Of a stretch of 64,000 nucleotides of DNA, positions 21,271-31,615 are shown one piece after another. How positions within the stretch are numbered: the first letter of the stretch is position 1; the number at the start of each line of letters is the position of its first letter. The stretch covers positions 640,001-704,000 of the forward strand of contig CBDHDG010000005.1 of assembly GCA_965261595.1 (NCBI GenBank), read 5' to 3'. The notes below the pieces were generated by a model that had not been told where the DNA came from, made no database searches, and saw nothing but the letters and a program-made list of their open reading frames with translations. Origin of the DNA: a bacterium. GTDB taxonomy: Bacteria; UBA8248; JACPRG01; G963555815. The position numbers were made by a program, and so were the translations under genes.

Positions 21271-21316
21271 AAGGCCCCGCCGGTCCATGAGATGGGCCGA
21301 CGGGGCCTTCTTTTTC
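21271..21316. terminator. Probable bidirectional intrinsic terminator
   Basis: AAGGCCCCGCCGGTCCAT-gag-ATGGGCCGACGGGGCCTT flanked by A and T runs, between convergent genes. Confidence 0.7.
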
Positions 21317-21355
21317 TCGATGAATCACCCGGTGTTTCCCGGGTGGGCGTTCAGA

Positions 21356-22395
21356 TTACATCGTGCCCTTTTTCGGGCGCGCGAACCGGATCGCTTTGGG
21401 CAGCGCGTCCACGAACTCATTGGTGAAAAGGTCTTCGGCCTTGATCTTGATGGGCATCTTCTGGGCGTCCAGGGTGACCTTGATGGTCGTCCTCATCTTT
21501 TTCGGATCGGTGTGGCCGAGTCCCTGTTTTTCGGAGAGTCCGTCGTACAAGTGTTCCACCCAGATGTGCAAGATGTCGGTGACGCTCTTGGTGGACTGCT
21601 CCGGGTAGCTCTTCGTGAAGGCCTTCACACCTTCTTCCGGATTGGCCAGGGTGTAGGCGATCCCCCGGTAGATGGCCTTGACCATCCCGCGCGTCGTATT
21701 GACCCCGGACCCCTTGAGGTTGTCCGTGTGGGTCAGGATGCCCGCGGAATAGAGGTCGAGCCCCCGATCGGCATAGAGTATCCATTTCAGCGTTTTGCCT
21801 GCCTGCTTGGCGACTTTGAGGAACCGGGGCTTCTGGGTGTGATAGCTGATGACGGCGTCCACCCTGCCGGCGCCCAGGCTGGCGGGTTGGGACCCGGGCG
21901 CCATGAAGATCCAATTGATCTTCGCCATATCGATCCCGTTGGGCGCGGCGAACACCGGGAACATCGCGTAGTCGGCGGACGCCTTGGGGCCGGGGGTGAC
22001 GCGCTTGCCTTCCAGGTCCTTGGGGGTGTTGATGCCGGCATCGCTGAAGTAGTAAATGATTTCCTGGAACTTGTGCTCCAGGATTCCGACCGTCTTGATG
22101 TTGAATCCTTTGTTCTTCCCAATCACCTGGGGACCCATGGCGGCCATCCCGTAGGGGCACTCCTTGGAGCCCACCCGCTTGGTCGTATCGCTCGATCCGT
22201 ATCCACGCCGGATGGTGATGTCGATTCCCTCGTCTTTGAAGAAACCTTGTCCCGGGCGATGATGTACGGCGTGTGCTTGCCGTAAAGCGCCCAGTCCGCG
22301 CAGTAAAGCACCTTTTCCGCCGACAGGGCTGGCATCGACCCGGCCAACAGGAACGCAACACCGGCGACCCAACCCATCTACACTTTTCTACGCAT
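21356..22395 (-). pseudogene. NMT1/THI5-like ABC substrate-binding protein with in-frame TAG (22378-22380) and frameshift (about 22246)
   Basis: SD GAGGAG, then MRRKV*MGWVAG signal peptide and ADWALYGKH; frame change to GFFKDEGID...GINTPKDLEGK; paralogous to 14355-15416. Confidence 0.8.
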
Positions 22396-22529
22396 TCCGC
22401 TGCCCTCCTCTTTCAGTTTGGCCCATGGGCTTCCGGACCGATGGTCATCCCGCTTTCCCCGTCTTCCCGGGGAGGGGCCAAGGGCGCAAGCCCACCTCTG
22501 AAAATCGACTCCTTCACTTCCTGAATTTC

Positions 22530-22545
22530 AAACCAAGCGTGGTTT
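22530..22545. promoter_or_regulatory. Palindromic candidate operator in divergent intergenic region
   Basis: AAACCA-agcg-TGGTTT. Confidence 0.3.
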
Positions 22546-22695
22546 CAATGGGTTCATAAGGGAATTCGGCTGTCAATAAGCGGGCCTCCTCTCGACCGCC
22601 CGGTCGTCACCGGATTCGAATTCAGGACCTGATTATTGTAGACTTTCAAGTGATCAGGTTTCGGTTCCCGGTTTCACCCAGCGAGGGGATTCTCC

Positions 22696-24129
22696 ATGCC
22701 GAAGGACCTCCGCTCGTTCGTCAGACAGCTTCAGGAGGAGGCGCCCGAGGAGCTTCGGCGGGCGCGCCGGGAGGTCTCCCACGAGTGGGAGCCCATGGCC
22801 GTCCTGGGGAAGTTGGCGCTGGGAGGGGAACACCCGGCCGTCCTGTTCGAGCGGGTCAGGGGCTATGAGTTCCCCGTGATCGCCAACCTCCTCTCGACGC
22901 GGAAGAAGTTCGCCCTGGCGCTGAACACGACGGAGGAGCGGGCGGCGGAGGTCTACAGCGAGCGGGAGGTTCGGCGGGTCCCGCCCAAGCGGGTCGAGAC
23001 GGGCCCCGTCAAGGACGTCATCCACCTGGGAGAGGAGGCCGACCTCCGTCAGCTTCCCATCCTGCTCCATTACGAGCGGAACGACGGTCCCTATATCACC
23101 ATGGGCGTCCTCGTGGCCAAAGACCCGAGGACCGGCCTGCCCAACCTCGGGATTTACCGGAACAAGCTTCTCGGCCGCAACCGCCTGGGCGTGTATTACA
23201 GTTGGGGCAAGCGCCTCCACCTGATCCATCGCGACTGCGAGCGCCGGGACACGCCCCTGGAATGCGCCATCGTCCTCGGGATGCACCCCGCCCTCCACAT
23301 GGCCTCTCAGACGCACCTGATGAAGGACAGCAGCGGGGACGAATACGAGGTGGCGGGCGGGCTGCTGGGCGAGCCCCTGGAGATTGTCCCGTGCGAGACC
23401 GTGGACCTCGAAGTCCCGGCCCATGCCGAGATCGTCATCGAGGGGAGGATCCCGCCCCACAGCCGCCAGACCGAGGGGCCGTTCGGAGAATACCACCGGT
23501 ATTACGGCCAGGTCGTCGACGCCCCGGAGATTGAGGTGACCGCCATCACCCATCGCCGGGACGCCATCTATCAGAACCTCGGCGGGTTCGTGGAGCAGGT
23601 GACTGTCACCCGAATTCCCAACGAGGGGCAGCTCCTACGCGAGCTCCGCAAATTCGTCCCGACGGTCAGGTCCGTCCATATCCCCCTCTCGGGCGTCCTG
23701 TACCACGCTTATATCCAAATGGAGAAAGCGAACGAAGGGGACGCCAAGAACGTTCTCATGGCGGCGATCACGCGGGGGACGTGCATCAAGACGGCCATCG
23801 CGGTCGATCCGGACGTGGACATCTTCGATGAGGATGACATCCTCTGGGCGCTTTCCACGCGGGTGGTCCCCGACCGGGACATCTTCCAGGTCCCGGGGGC
23901 CCGCGGTAACCGGCTGGACCCGACCACCTACACCCTCACCCGGCTTGAGCGGGACGGCATGGTTACAAAGATGGGGATCGACGCCACGGTTCCCATCGGC
24001 TACGAGGACCCGCACCCCCCGAGGGCGAAGATCCCCGGCCTGGACGCGCTGTGTCTGGACGACTTCCTGGCGGCGGGGCCGGGTGGAGCGGGGAAGGAAA
24101 GGTCCGGCGCCACGGCGGCGGGCCGGTGA
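22696..24129 (+). CDS. UbiD-family prFMN-dependent decarboxylase (no. 1)
   Basis: KDLRSF, GIYR, VPAHAEIVIEG, EGPFGEY, VDPDVD, KMGIDAT. Confidence 0.93.
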   Translation: MPKDLRSFVRQLQEEAPEELRRARREVSHEWEPMAVLGKLALGGEHPAVLFERVRGYEFPVIANLLSTRKKFALALNTTEERAAEVYSEREVRRVPPKRVETGPVKDVIHLGEEADLRQLPILLHYERNDGPYITMGVLVAKDPRTGLPNLGIYRNKLLGRNRLGVYYSWGKRLHLIHRDCERRDTPLECAIVLGMHPALHMASQTHLMKDSSGDEYEVAGGLLGEPLEIVPCETVDLEVPAHAEIVIEGRIPPHSRQTEGPFGEYHRYYGQVVDAPEIEVTAITHRRDAIYQNLGGFVEQVTVTRIPNEGQLLRELRKFVPTVRSVHIPLSGVLYHAYIQMEKANEGDAKNVLMAAITRGTCIKTAIAVDPDVDIFDEDDILWALSTRVVPDRDIFQVPGARGNRLDPTTYTLTRLERDGMVTKMGIDATVPIGYEDPHPPRAKIPGLDALCLDDFLAAGPGGAGKERSGATAAGR

Positions 24130-24229
24130 CTTGAACAGGACGAAGTTGTCGGACGGTAGTTGATTTCGACGCCCCGGGTCGCCCGCGGGGCCGTTGACGC
24201 GAATCCTTTGAGCCCGGGAGGCAGGCTGA

Positions 24230-25639
24230 ATGCCCAAAGACAAGGTGGACCTTCTGTTCAAAAACGCTGTTGTCCTCACGATGAACAAGGAGCGGGAGCT
24301 TCTCTGGGACGGGGCGGTCGCCGTTCAAGGGGAGAAGATCGCCGCTGTGGGATCGATGGACGACCTGGCCGGAAAGTACGAGGGAAAGCGCGAGATCGAC
24401 GCCAAGCGCAAGCTCCTGATGCCCGGCCTCGTCAACACGCACAACCACATGTTCGGCGCCCTGTGCCGGGGTTTTGTCAATGACCTCTCCTTCACCCCCT
24501 GGGTCCAGAAGAAGTTCTATGTGTCCACCAAAGGGTTGGACCTGGAAAACTACCACCTGAGCACGCTCCTGCTCGGAATCGAGATGCTGAAATCGGGCAC
24601 GACCTGTTACGTGGACTGCGGGACGGTGCAGGGGCTTGAATCCGGCGCCGCCCGGGCGATCGGGGAGATCGGCATCAAGGCCGTCCTCGGCCGGTCGATG
24701 GCGGACATCACCGAGGCCCTCTCCAGCCACCTGCATGACCGCAAGGAGACCACGCGCGAGAACCTGCGCGACACCGAGGGATTCGTCCAGGAGTATCACG
24801 GAGCCGCCGATGGGCGGATCCGGGCCTGGTTCGCCCCGATCCAGGTGTCGTGCGTCTCGGACGAGCTATGCCGGGAATCCATCCGGTTGGCCGAAAAGTA
24901 CGACTCGGGGTTCGTCACGCACGCCGCCGTGGACAAGGCGGACGTCGAGCTCTGTCTGGAGCGGTTCGGCGATACACCCATCGAGCGTTTCCACCGGTTG
25001 GGGGTCCTGGGCGAACGCCTCATCGCCACCCACATGGGATGGCTGACGCAGAACGAGATCCGGCTGCTGGCCGAATCCCGGACGAACATCTCTCATTGTC
25101 CGAGCGCCAGCATGAAGCTCGCCTACGGTTGTCTGAGCCACGGGAGCTTCCCGGAGCTGGAAGCGGCCGGGGCGAACGTGACCATCGGCTCCGATGGACC
25201 GGCGGCGAGCAACTTCCAGGACCTGTTCCGGGTGATGCATCTGGCGTCCGTCGGACACAAGGAGGCCCGCCTGGACCCGCGCGTCGTCCCGCCGGAGAAG
25301 GCCCTCGAGTGGGCGACGCTGAACGGCGCGCGCGCGGTGGGATGGGAAGACCGGATCGGCTCGCTTGAACCAGGGAAACGGGCCGATGTGGCCGTCCTCA
25401 ACCTCCACAGGACCGAATTCGTCCCCCTCCACCCGGACACCCTGGTGCAGAATCTCGTCTACGCCGCGGCCGGACACTGCGTCGAGATGGTCCTCGTGGA
25501 CGGCAAGGTCGTTGTGGAGGAGGGCCGGGTCACGACGGTGGACGAGGACGATATCATCGACCGCATCAACCGGTTCGCGGACCGTTTCGCCGGGCTGTCA
25601 AGGGAATGGGACGAGAAGAAGGCGGCGGGGGAGCACTAA
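24230..25639 (+). CDS. Metal-dependent amidohydrolase (MtaD/AtzA/SsnA-like)
   Basis: PGLVNTHNH, SGTT, HCPSAS, GSDG, GSLEPGKRAD. Confidence 0.92.
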   Translation: MPKDKVDLLFKNAVVLTMNKERELLWDGAVAVQGEKIAAVGSMDDLAGKYEGKREIDAKRKLLMPGLVNTHNHMFGALCRGFVNDLSFTPWVQKKFYVSTKGLDLENYHLSTLLLGIEMLKSGTTCYVDCGTVQGLESGAARAIGEIGIKAVLGRSMADITEALSSHLHDRKETTRENLRDTEGFVQEYHGAADGRIRAWFAPIQVSCVSDELCRESIRLAEKYDSGFVTHAAVDKADVELCLERFGDTPIERFHRLGVLGERLIATHMGWLTQNEIRLLAESRTNISHCPSASMKLAYGCLSHGSFPELEAAGANVTIGSDGPAASNFQDLFRVMHLASVGHKEARLDPRVVPPEKALEWATLNGARAVGWEDRIGSLEPGKRADVAVLNLHRTEFVPLHPDTLVQNLVYAAAGHCVEMVLVDGKVVVEEGRVTTVDEDDIIDRINRFADRFAGLSREWDEKKAAGEH

Positions 25640-25749
25640 CAGGCGCTCGCTTCGCGCGGAATGCGGGCCGCGAAACAGGCGGAGAAGCCTTCGTTGCGCA
25701 TTGGAGGCGGCCGGCCGGCCACCTCGTGGATCGATAAAAGCGGGAGTGT

Positions 25750-28134
25750 GTGATGAGCTCGGAGTTTCGATTGAATACAAAATGGATTGGCGCCGATGTC
25801 CCCCGCAAGGAGGACCAGCGCCTTCTCACGGGCGGGGGGCGGTACGTCGATGACCTTCCCTGTCCGGAGGCGCTGCAGGGCGCCTTCCTGCGCTCCCCTT
25901 ACGCCCACGCCCGAATCGAGTCCATCGATGTCTCCGGCGCGCTGGAGCGGGGGGGAGGGGGGGCAGTTGCGGCCTTCACCGCCGAGGACATGGGCGAAGC
26001 GTGCCGGGAGTTTCCACAGCCCGTTCCGAATCCCGCGCTTCGCCCCCGGAACATCCTCCCCCTGGCCCGCGGTTTCACGCGGTACGTGGGCGAGCCCGTC
26101 GTCTTCGTCCTGGCCGGGGACCGCGCGGCGGCCGAGGACGCCCTGAACGGCGTCCGGGTTTCGTTCGAGGTCCTTCCGGCGACGGCCCATCCCGTGGACG
26201 CCCTGAAGGCGGGCGCGCCCTTGGTTCATGCCGACCTCGGGGACAACCGGGCCGCCCGGCTCGAAGTCCGGGTCGGCGATGCCGAGAAGGAGCTGGCCCG
26301 CGCGCCGAGGCGGGAGACGCTCCGGCTGACGTTGTGTCGGGCGGGCGGGGAGGCGATGGAGACGCGGGGCATGTTGGCCTACCATGACGCGGCTTTCGAC
26401 CGGTTGACCGTCTATTCCTCGACACAGGTCCCTCACCAGGTGCGCCGGAACATCTCCCGGGTCCTGGGCCGCCCCGAGCATTCGGTGGACGTCATCGCCC
26501 CGGACGTGGGCGGGGGGTTCGGGCCCAAGGCGTTTTCCTACCCCGAGGAGTTCGTTGTCCCTTGGGCGGCCATGCGGGTGGGCAGACCGGTCAAGTGGAT
26601 CGAGGACCGGATCGAGCACATCCAAACGACTTACCAGGAGCGCGAGCAGGTCCACGAGGTGGAGGTCGGGTACGACGAGGAGGGCCGCATCCTGGCGCTG
26701 CGGGACCGGGGCGTGTTCGACACCGGGGCCTATGTCCCCTGGGGGGCGGTGGTCCCCTATCTTTCGATGACCAACATCCCCGGACCCTACCGCATCCAAC
26801 ATTTCGACGCGGCGATGGAGGTGGTGTACACCCACCGGGTTCCGGTCACCCCGGTCCGCGGCGCCGGACGGCCGCAGTCGGCCTTCATCATGGAGCGGGT
26901 CATCGAGCGGATCGCCGACCGGCTGGGGCTGGACTCCGTGGCGGTTCGGCGAAAGAACTTCATTCAGCCCGAAGAGTTCCCCTACGAGATCGGCATCCTT
27001 GCGCGGGACGGCACGCCGTTGACCTACGACAACGGGGATTACCCCGTTTTGATGAACATGGCGCTAGAGGCCGCGGCCTATGAGGATTTCAGAAACGGCA
27101 AGCGGTGCCCGGGCGAGGCGGGGGACCCGGAAAAAGGCCGGTACATAGGCATGGGCGTCAGCTTCAACATCGAGGGAACCGGATTCGGTCCCTACGAGGG
27201 GGCCGTCGTCCGTGTGGACGACTCCGGGGAAGTCATTTTGTACACCGGGGCGACGCCCACCGGACAGGGCCACGAGACCATTCTCTCTCAGGTCCTGGCC
27301 GAGACCCTTGATCTGGACCCCGGGAGCATCAAGGTCGTGACCGGGGATACCCGCCACATCCCCTATGGATTCGGGACCTTCGCCAGCCGGATCGCTGTGA
27401 CGGCGTCCAATTCGGTGGCGGTGGCCGGGGAGGCCATGCGAAAGAAGGTCTTCGAGTTCGCCTCCGCGTCTCTGGAGTGCGCCGCCGAGGATCTCGAAAT
27501 CATCGACGGAAAGGTCGCCGTCCAGGGGAGTCCCGAGCGGTCCATGACGTTGGGGGAGGTGGCCCGCGCGGCCGCTGGGACGCCGGGGATGATGATGGGA
27601 GGAAAGTCGCCCGGGCTGGAGGTTCGCGAATACAATACGCCGAGCGCTCCGGCGACGTCGGCCGGCTGTCACGTGTGCGTCGTCGAGGTGGATGCGGAGA
27701 CGGGACATGTGCGGGTGCTGCGCTACGTCGTCGCCCACGACTGCGGGCGGATCCTGAATCCGACGATCCTGACCGGACAGGTCCGGGGGGCGATCGTCCA
27801 CGGGATCGGCGAGACCATCATCGAGGAGGTGGCCTTCGACGAGAACGCGGCGCCCCTGGCCTCCACTTTCCTCGACTACCTCCTGCCGCTCTCCACCGAC
27901 ATCCCGGACATCGAGGTCCACCACATGGAGACCCCATCGCCTTTCAACTACCTGGGTGTGAAAGGGGCCGGAGAGAGCGGGACCATCGCGGCGCCCGCGG
28001 CCGTTGTCGCGGCGATTGAGGACGCGCTGAAGCCGCTCGGGGTCGAGATCAACGAGACCCCGCTTACGCCCTACCGGATTTGGAAAATTCTGGAAACCGG
28101 GAAGAGCCCGGTCGACGATCGGCAGTGGGGTTGA
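25750..28134 (+). CDS. Xanthine dehydrogenase family large subunit, CoxL form II-like (no. 2)
   Basis: RKEDQRLLTGGG, METRG, GGGFGPK, PVRGAGRP, GTFASR, GVKGAGE. Confidence 0.92.
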   Translation: MMSSEFRLNTKWIGADVPRKEDQRLLTGGGRYVDDLPCPEALQGAFLRSPYAHARIESIDVSGALERGGGGAVAAFTAEDMGEACREFPQPVPNPALRPRNILPLARGFTRYVGEPVVFVLAGDRAAAEDALNGVRVSFEVLPATAHPVDALKAGAPLVHADLGDNRAARLEVRVGDAEKELARAPRRETLRLTLCRAGGEAMETRGMLAYHDAAFDRLTVYSSTQVPHQVRRNISRVLGRPEHSVDVIAPDVGGGFGPKAFSYPEEFVVPWAAMRVGRPVKWIEDRIEHIQTTYQEREQVHEVEVGYDEEGRILALRDRGVFDTGAYVPWGAVVPYLSMTNIPGPYRIQHFDAAMEVVYTHRVPVTPVRGAGRPQSAFIMERVIERIADRLGLDSVAVRRKNFIQPEEFPYEIGILARDGTPLTYDNGDYPVLMNMALEAAAYEDFRNGKRCPGEAGDPEKGRYIGMGVSFNIEGTGFGPYEGAVVRVDDSGEVILYTGATPTGQGHETILSQVLAETLDLDPGSIKVVTGDTRHIPYGFGTFASRIAVTASNSVAVAGEAMRKKVFEFASASLECAAEDLEIIDGKVAVQGSPERSMTLGEVARAAAGTPGMMMGGKSPGLEVREYNTPSAPATSAGCHVCVVEVDAETGHVRVLRYVVAHDCGRILNPTILTGQVRGAIVHGIGETIIEEVAFDENAAPLASTFLDYLLPLSTDIPDIEVHHMETPSPFNYLGVKGAGESGTIAAPAAVVAAIEDALKPLGVEINETPLTPYRIWKILETGKSPVDDRQWG

Positions 28135-28174
28135 AGCCGGATCGATCGGCCGCCGCGCGGAGAACGGGTCTCTG

Positions 28175-28927
28175 TTACGGCATCACCGCCCCACCGTTGA
28201 CGACAAGCGTCTGGCCGGTGATGAAGTCCGCGTCCGAGGACAGAAGGAAGACGATCGTCCCGACCATGTCTTCCGGGACCTCCCGCCGCTGAATGATTCG
28301 CATTTTCTGATTCATTTCATCCAGCTCGGGCCGCTCGCGGTTGTCTTTCTCGTGGGGAATGTAGTCCGGCGCGACGGTGTTGACGTTGATCCCGTGACCG
28401 CCGCACTCCCGGGCCAGGCTCCGCGTGAACCCCAGGATGCCGGCTTTGGAGGTGACGTAGTGGATGAGTCCCGGGGTCCCCTTATAGACGGTGTTCGAGG
28501 CGATGTTGAGGATGCGCCCGAATTCCTGGTCCTTCATGTAGGGAAAGACCGACTTGCAGCAGAAAAATACGCCCTTGAGGTTCACGGCCATCGCCCGATC
28601 CCATTCTTCCCCGGTGATCTCGAAAAAGGGCCCGAGACTCAGGTCCTGGTAAAGGGCGGCGTTGTTCACCAGCCCGTCGATGCGGCCGAACCGGCCGTGG
28701 ACGGATTTCGCCATGGCCCGGGTCGCCTCCTCGTCGGTGACGTCCACGGAGACGGCCATGGCCTCTCCCCCGGCGGCCTCGATTTCTTCCACCGTCCCTG
28801 AGGCGTCGATGATGTCGGCGGCCGCGACCTTGGCCCCATCCCGCGCCAGACCCTTGGCGTAGACCCGGCCGAGGTTCCGGCCGGCCCCCGTGACGATGAC
28901 CACCTTTCCTTCCAGTCTCATCTCCAT
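28175..28927 (-). CDS. Short-chain dehydrogenase/reductase (SDR)
   Basis: TGAGRNLG, NNAA, YVTSK, FITGQ. Confidence 0.94.
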   Translation of the reverse strand: MEMRLEGKVVIVTGAGRNLGRVYAKGLARDGAKVAAADIIDASGTVEEIEAAGGEAMAVSVDVTDEEATRAMAKSVHGRFGRIDGLVNNAALYQDLSLGPFFEITGEEWDRAMAVNLKGVFFCCKSVFPYMKDQEFGRILNIASNTVYKGTPGLIHYVTSKAGILGFTRSLARECGGHGINVNTVAPDYIPHEKDNRERPELDEMNQKMRIIQRREVPEDMVGTIVFLLSSDADFITGQTLVVNGGAVMP

Positions 28928-28974
28928 TCTCCTCGACGGCGTCTTGGGGAATTTTCAGCGAGTCAGGGCAAGGC

Positions 28975-30576
28975 TTACTCCGGTTTCAGGACCGCGTATT
29001 CCGTTCCCGCCCACCAGGGATCGATGCCCAGGTCCTCGGCGATGGCGCCCGCGGCGTTGTAACCGCAGGCCCCGTGGCAGCCGCCTCGGGGATGGGTGCT
29101 GGGACCGCAGAGGTACAGCCCCTCGATGGGTGTCCGGTAGGGCGGATAACCGTGGAAGGGCCGGAAGGTCCCCATCTGGTCCTGCGTGATGCGGCCGCTG
29201 ACCATGTCGCCGTCCACCATCGAGATGTTCTCCCGGGCGATGTCGGCGGGGGTGTACACAAACCGGCCCACAACGGCCCCATCGTCTATGTTCTTCGTCG
29301 AGCGGCGCAAGAGGTCAAAACACCGGTCGGCGTAGTCCTCCTTGATCTCGTTCCACCTCTCATCCCCCCCCTTGATCTTGCAGGGCGCGTACTGCCAGAG
29401 GATGGTCACGTGCTTTCCCGGGGGGGCGATGGACGGATCGAACCGGCTCGGGTGAAGCGTCATGAACCCGGTAGGGTCCGGAGGCTCGCCGATGCCCAGC
29501 TGATAGAACTCCTTCCGGATGTCGTCCATGGAGTCCCTCCCCAGCATGACGTTGAAGGACTGGTTGGGGACGTCGGAGGAGGTCCGGTAGGCCGGGTCTA
29601 CATTGAGGGCGAGGTGGACGCCGAATATCGTGAAATAGCTGAACTGGAAGCCACGGACCTGATCGGCGAACTCCTGGGAGAGCTCATCCCCGTCCACCAT
29701 TTGCTGGAACACCTGCTTGGGCTCGACGTTGCTCGCGACGGCCCGGGCGGCTTCAATCTCGGTCCCGTCGGAAAGGACGACCCCCTTCGCGCGCCCTCCC
29801 CGGATCAAAATCCGGGAGACGTGACATCCCGTCCGGATCTCTCCGCCGTGGGCTTCGAGGTGAGCCGTCAGTGCGTTGGTGAGGGACTGGGAACCGCCCA
29901 CCGCCAGGGAGTTCCCCCCCGAGCGGTGCTGGTTGACCAGGAGGGAAACAGGGACCATGCCGGACCCCTTGGCAAAGGGATCCTGAATGGTCTGCAAGGC
30001 ATAGTTGACGAACCAGACCTTGACGCACTCGTTCTCGAAGAGCTCATCGGCCACGTCCTCGATGCTCATCATCCAGGTCCGGAGCGCCCGCCGTCCGTGA
30101 GCGGTTTCCTCCAGCCGGCCCCAGATCTGAGAAGGGGGCAACGGGGGCGCAAACAGCATTCGGGAGATGAACTCGAACGTGGACTCGTGCTCTCTGATCC
30201 AGTCTCGGTACCGGGCCGCGTCGCTCCCGGAGAATTTCCCGATCTCCGAGACCGTCGCCTCCAGGTCCCTTTGGAGGGCCAGGCTCCGGCCATCGCTGAA
30301 AACATGCGTGCAGATAACCGGAGGGAAGATGTACTTGGAGCCGAAGCGCTCCAATTCCAAATCGGCGCGGATGGGGCCGATGTGCATCCAGTTGTGGTTG
30401 ACGGCGTGAAGGCTGAAGGTGAAGCCGGGAACGGTTTCGCGCGAGGTGACGCCCCCGCCGGTGTAGGGCAGGCGCTCGAGGACCAGGGTCCGAAGCCCGG
30501 CCTTGGCCAGGTAGCACCCAAGGGTCAGGCCGTTGTGGCCGGACCCGATGACGATGACATCGTATTGCTCGGCCAA
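28975..30576 (-). CDS. Phytoene desaturase-like FAD-dependent oxidoreductase (PYROXD2-like)
   Basis: TTG start with GGAGG SD; IGSGHNGL, TGGG, YRTPIEGLYLCGPSTHPRGG...GYNAA. Confidence 0.88.
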   Translation of the reverse strand: MAEQYDVIVIGSGHNGLTLGCYLAKAGLRTLVLERLPYTGGGVTSRETVPGFTFSLHAVNHNWMHIGPIRADLELERFGSKYIFPPVICTHVFSDGRSLALQRDLEATVSEIGKFSGSDAARYRDWIREHESTFEFISRMLFAPPLPPSQIWGRLEETAHGRRALRTWMMSIEDVADELFENECVKVWFVNYALQTIQDPFAKGSGMVPVSLLVNQHRSGGNSLAVGGSQSLTNALTAHLEAHGGEIRTGCHVSRILIRGGRAKGVVLSDGTEIEAARAVASNVEPKQVFQQMVDGDELSQEFADQVRGFQFSYFTIFGVHLALNVDPAYRTSSDVPNQSFNVMLGRDSMDDIRKEFYQLGIGEPPDPTGFMTLHPSRFDPSIAPPGKHVTILWQYAPCKIKGGDERWNEIKEDYADRCFDLLRRSTKNIDDGAVVGRFVYTPADIARENISMVDGDMVSGRITQDQMGTFRPFHGYPPYRTPIEGLYLCGPSTHPRGGCHGACGYNAAGAIAEDLGIDPWWAGTEYAVLKPE

Positions 30577-30955
30577 TTGTCTCCTCCACTCGCCTGGGAT
30601 GCCTTGAGGTCGTCTCGCGTGGGTCCGCCGGCTGTATGTTCCCGCACGGCGGCCTTCGAGCGGACGGCCGCGCGATTTCCAAACCGGAACCGCTCGGCGC
30701 CGAGACAACTCGTAGGGTGAATGTGTTTCGTGAAGGCTACCAAACGCTCAGGAGTCATGTCAACGATTTCGCCCCCGGTTCTTTTGTCACGATTGCGGCG
30801 TGAACAGAACGAGATTGCAAATGAGATGGTTTTACTAAAATAATTTAAGTGATAAACAATTTATTTAATATCAATGAACGTGCCGCCTCATCTGTCGATT
30901 TGTTCGCGCTTTTGACGCGCGGCGTTCCCGCATTCATGGTGACTGACGCTCTGTC

Positions 30956-31579
30956 ATGAACAGAAAGACCCTGTTTCAGAATGCCGAGGCGGTGGCCCGT
31001 GGACTCAGCGAGTTTTTCGGCGAATCCATCGAGGTCGTCGTCCACGACTTCGCCGACCCGGACCGATCCATCCGTGCCATCTACGGGAACCTGACCGGAC
31101 GCCGGGTCGGCGACCCCGCCCCCGAGGCGCTCCGGCGGCATTGGGCGAGGGGGGAGGATTTGCACAATTACTCCGCTCAGACACGCGACGGCCGGCCGCT
31201 CAAGGCATCGACAGTCTTCCTGAGAGACGGAAGCGGATCAATCATCGGGGCCCTTTCCCTCAACTACGACCTGACCGAAACCCTGCTTCTCTCGAATTCC
31301 CTGGAGCGTTTCTCTCGAAGGACCCGGTCGGCGGCGGAAGCGGCGCCCATCGTCGGGAACGGCGTGGGCGGCCAGATTGAGCGGGCCTTCGCCGAGGCGG
31401 CCGATGCGGTCGGAAGGCCGGCCCCGCTCATGGCGCGGGCGCAGAAGGTCCGCGTCGTTCACGACCTCGAGCGCCGGGGCATCTTTCTCATCAAGGGCGC
31501 GGTGGACGAGGTGGCCCGGCTTCTGGAGGTTTCCCGTTATACGGTCTATAACTACCGAAAAGAGGTTTCGGCCGTTTGA
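30956..31579 (+). CDS. YheO/DauR-like PAS-HTH transcriptional regulator
   Basis: EVVVHD, LTGRRVGDP, DGRPLKAST, GIFLIKGAVDEVA...VSRYTVYNY. Confidence 0.92.
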   Translation: MNRKTLFQNAEAVARGLSEFFGESIEVVVHDFADPDRSIRAIYGNLTGRRVGDPAPEALRRHWARGEDLHNYSAQTRDGRPLKASTVFLRDGSGSIIGALSLNYDLTETLLLSNSLERFSRRTRSAAEAAPIVGNGVGGQIERAFAEAADAVGRPAPLMARAQKVRVVHDLERRGIFLIKGAVDEVARLLEVSRYTVYNYRKEVSAV

Positions 31580-31615
31580 ATTCGGCATAACCCAATCATG
31601 GAAAGGTGAGGCGTC

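Noticed and set aside
25750..28134. True aerobic CO dehydrogenase CoxL
   Set aside because: Lacks the form I AYxCSFR motif (has PVRGAGR) and there are no cox accessory genes
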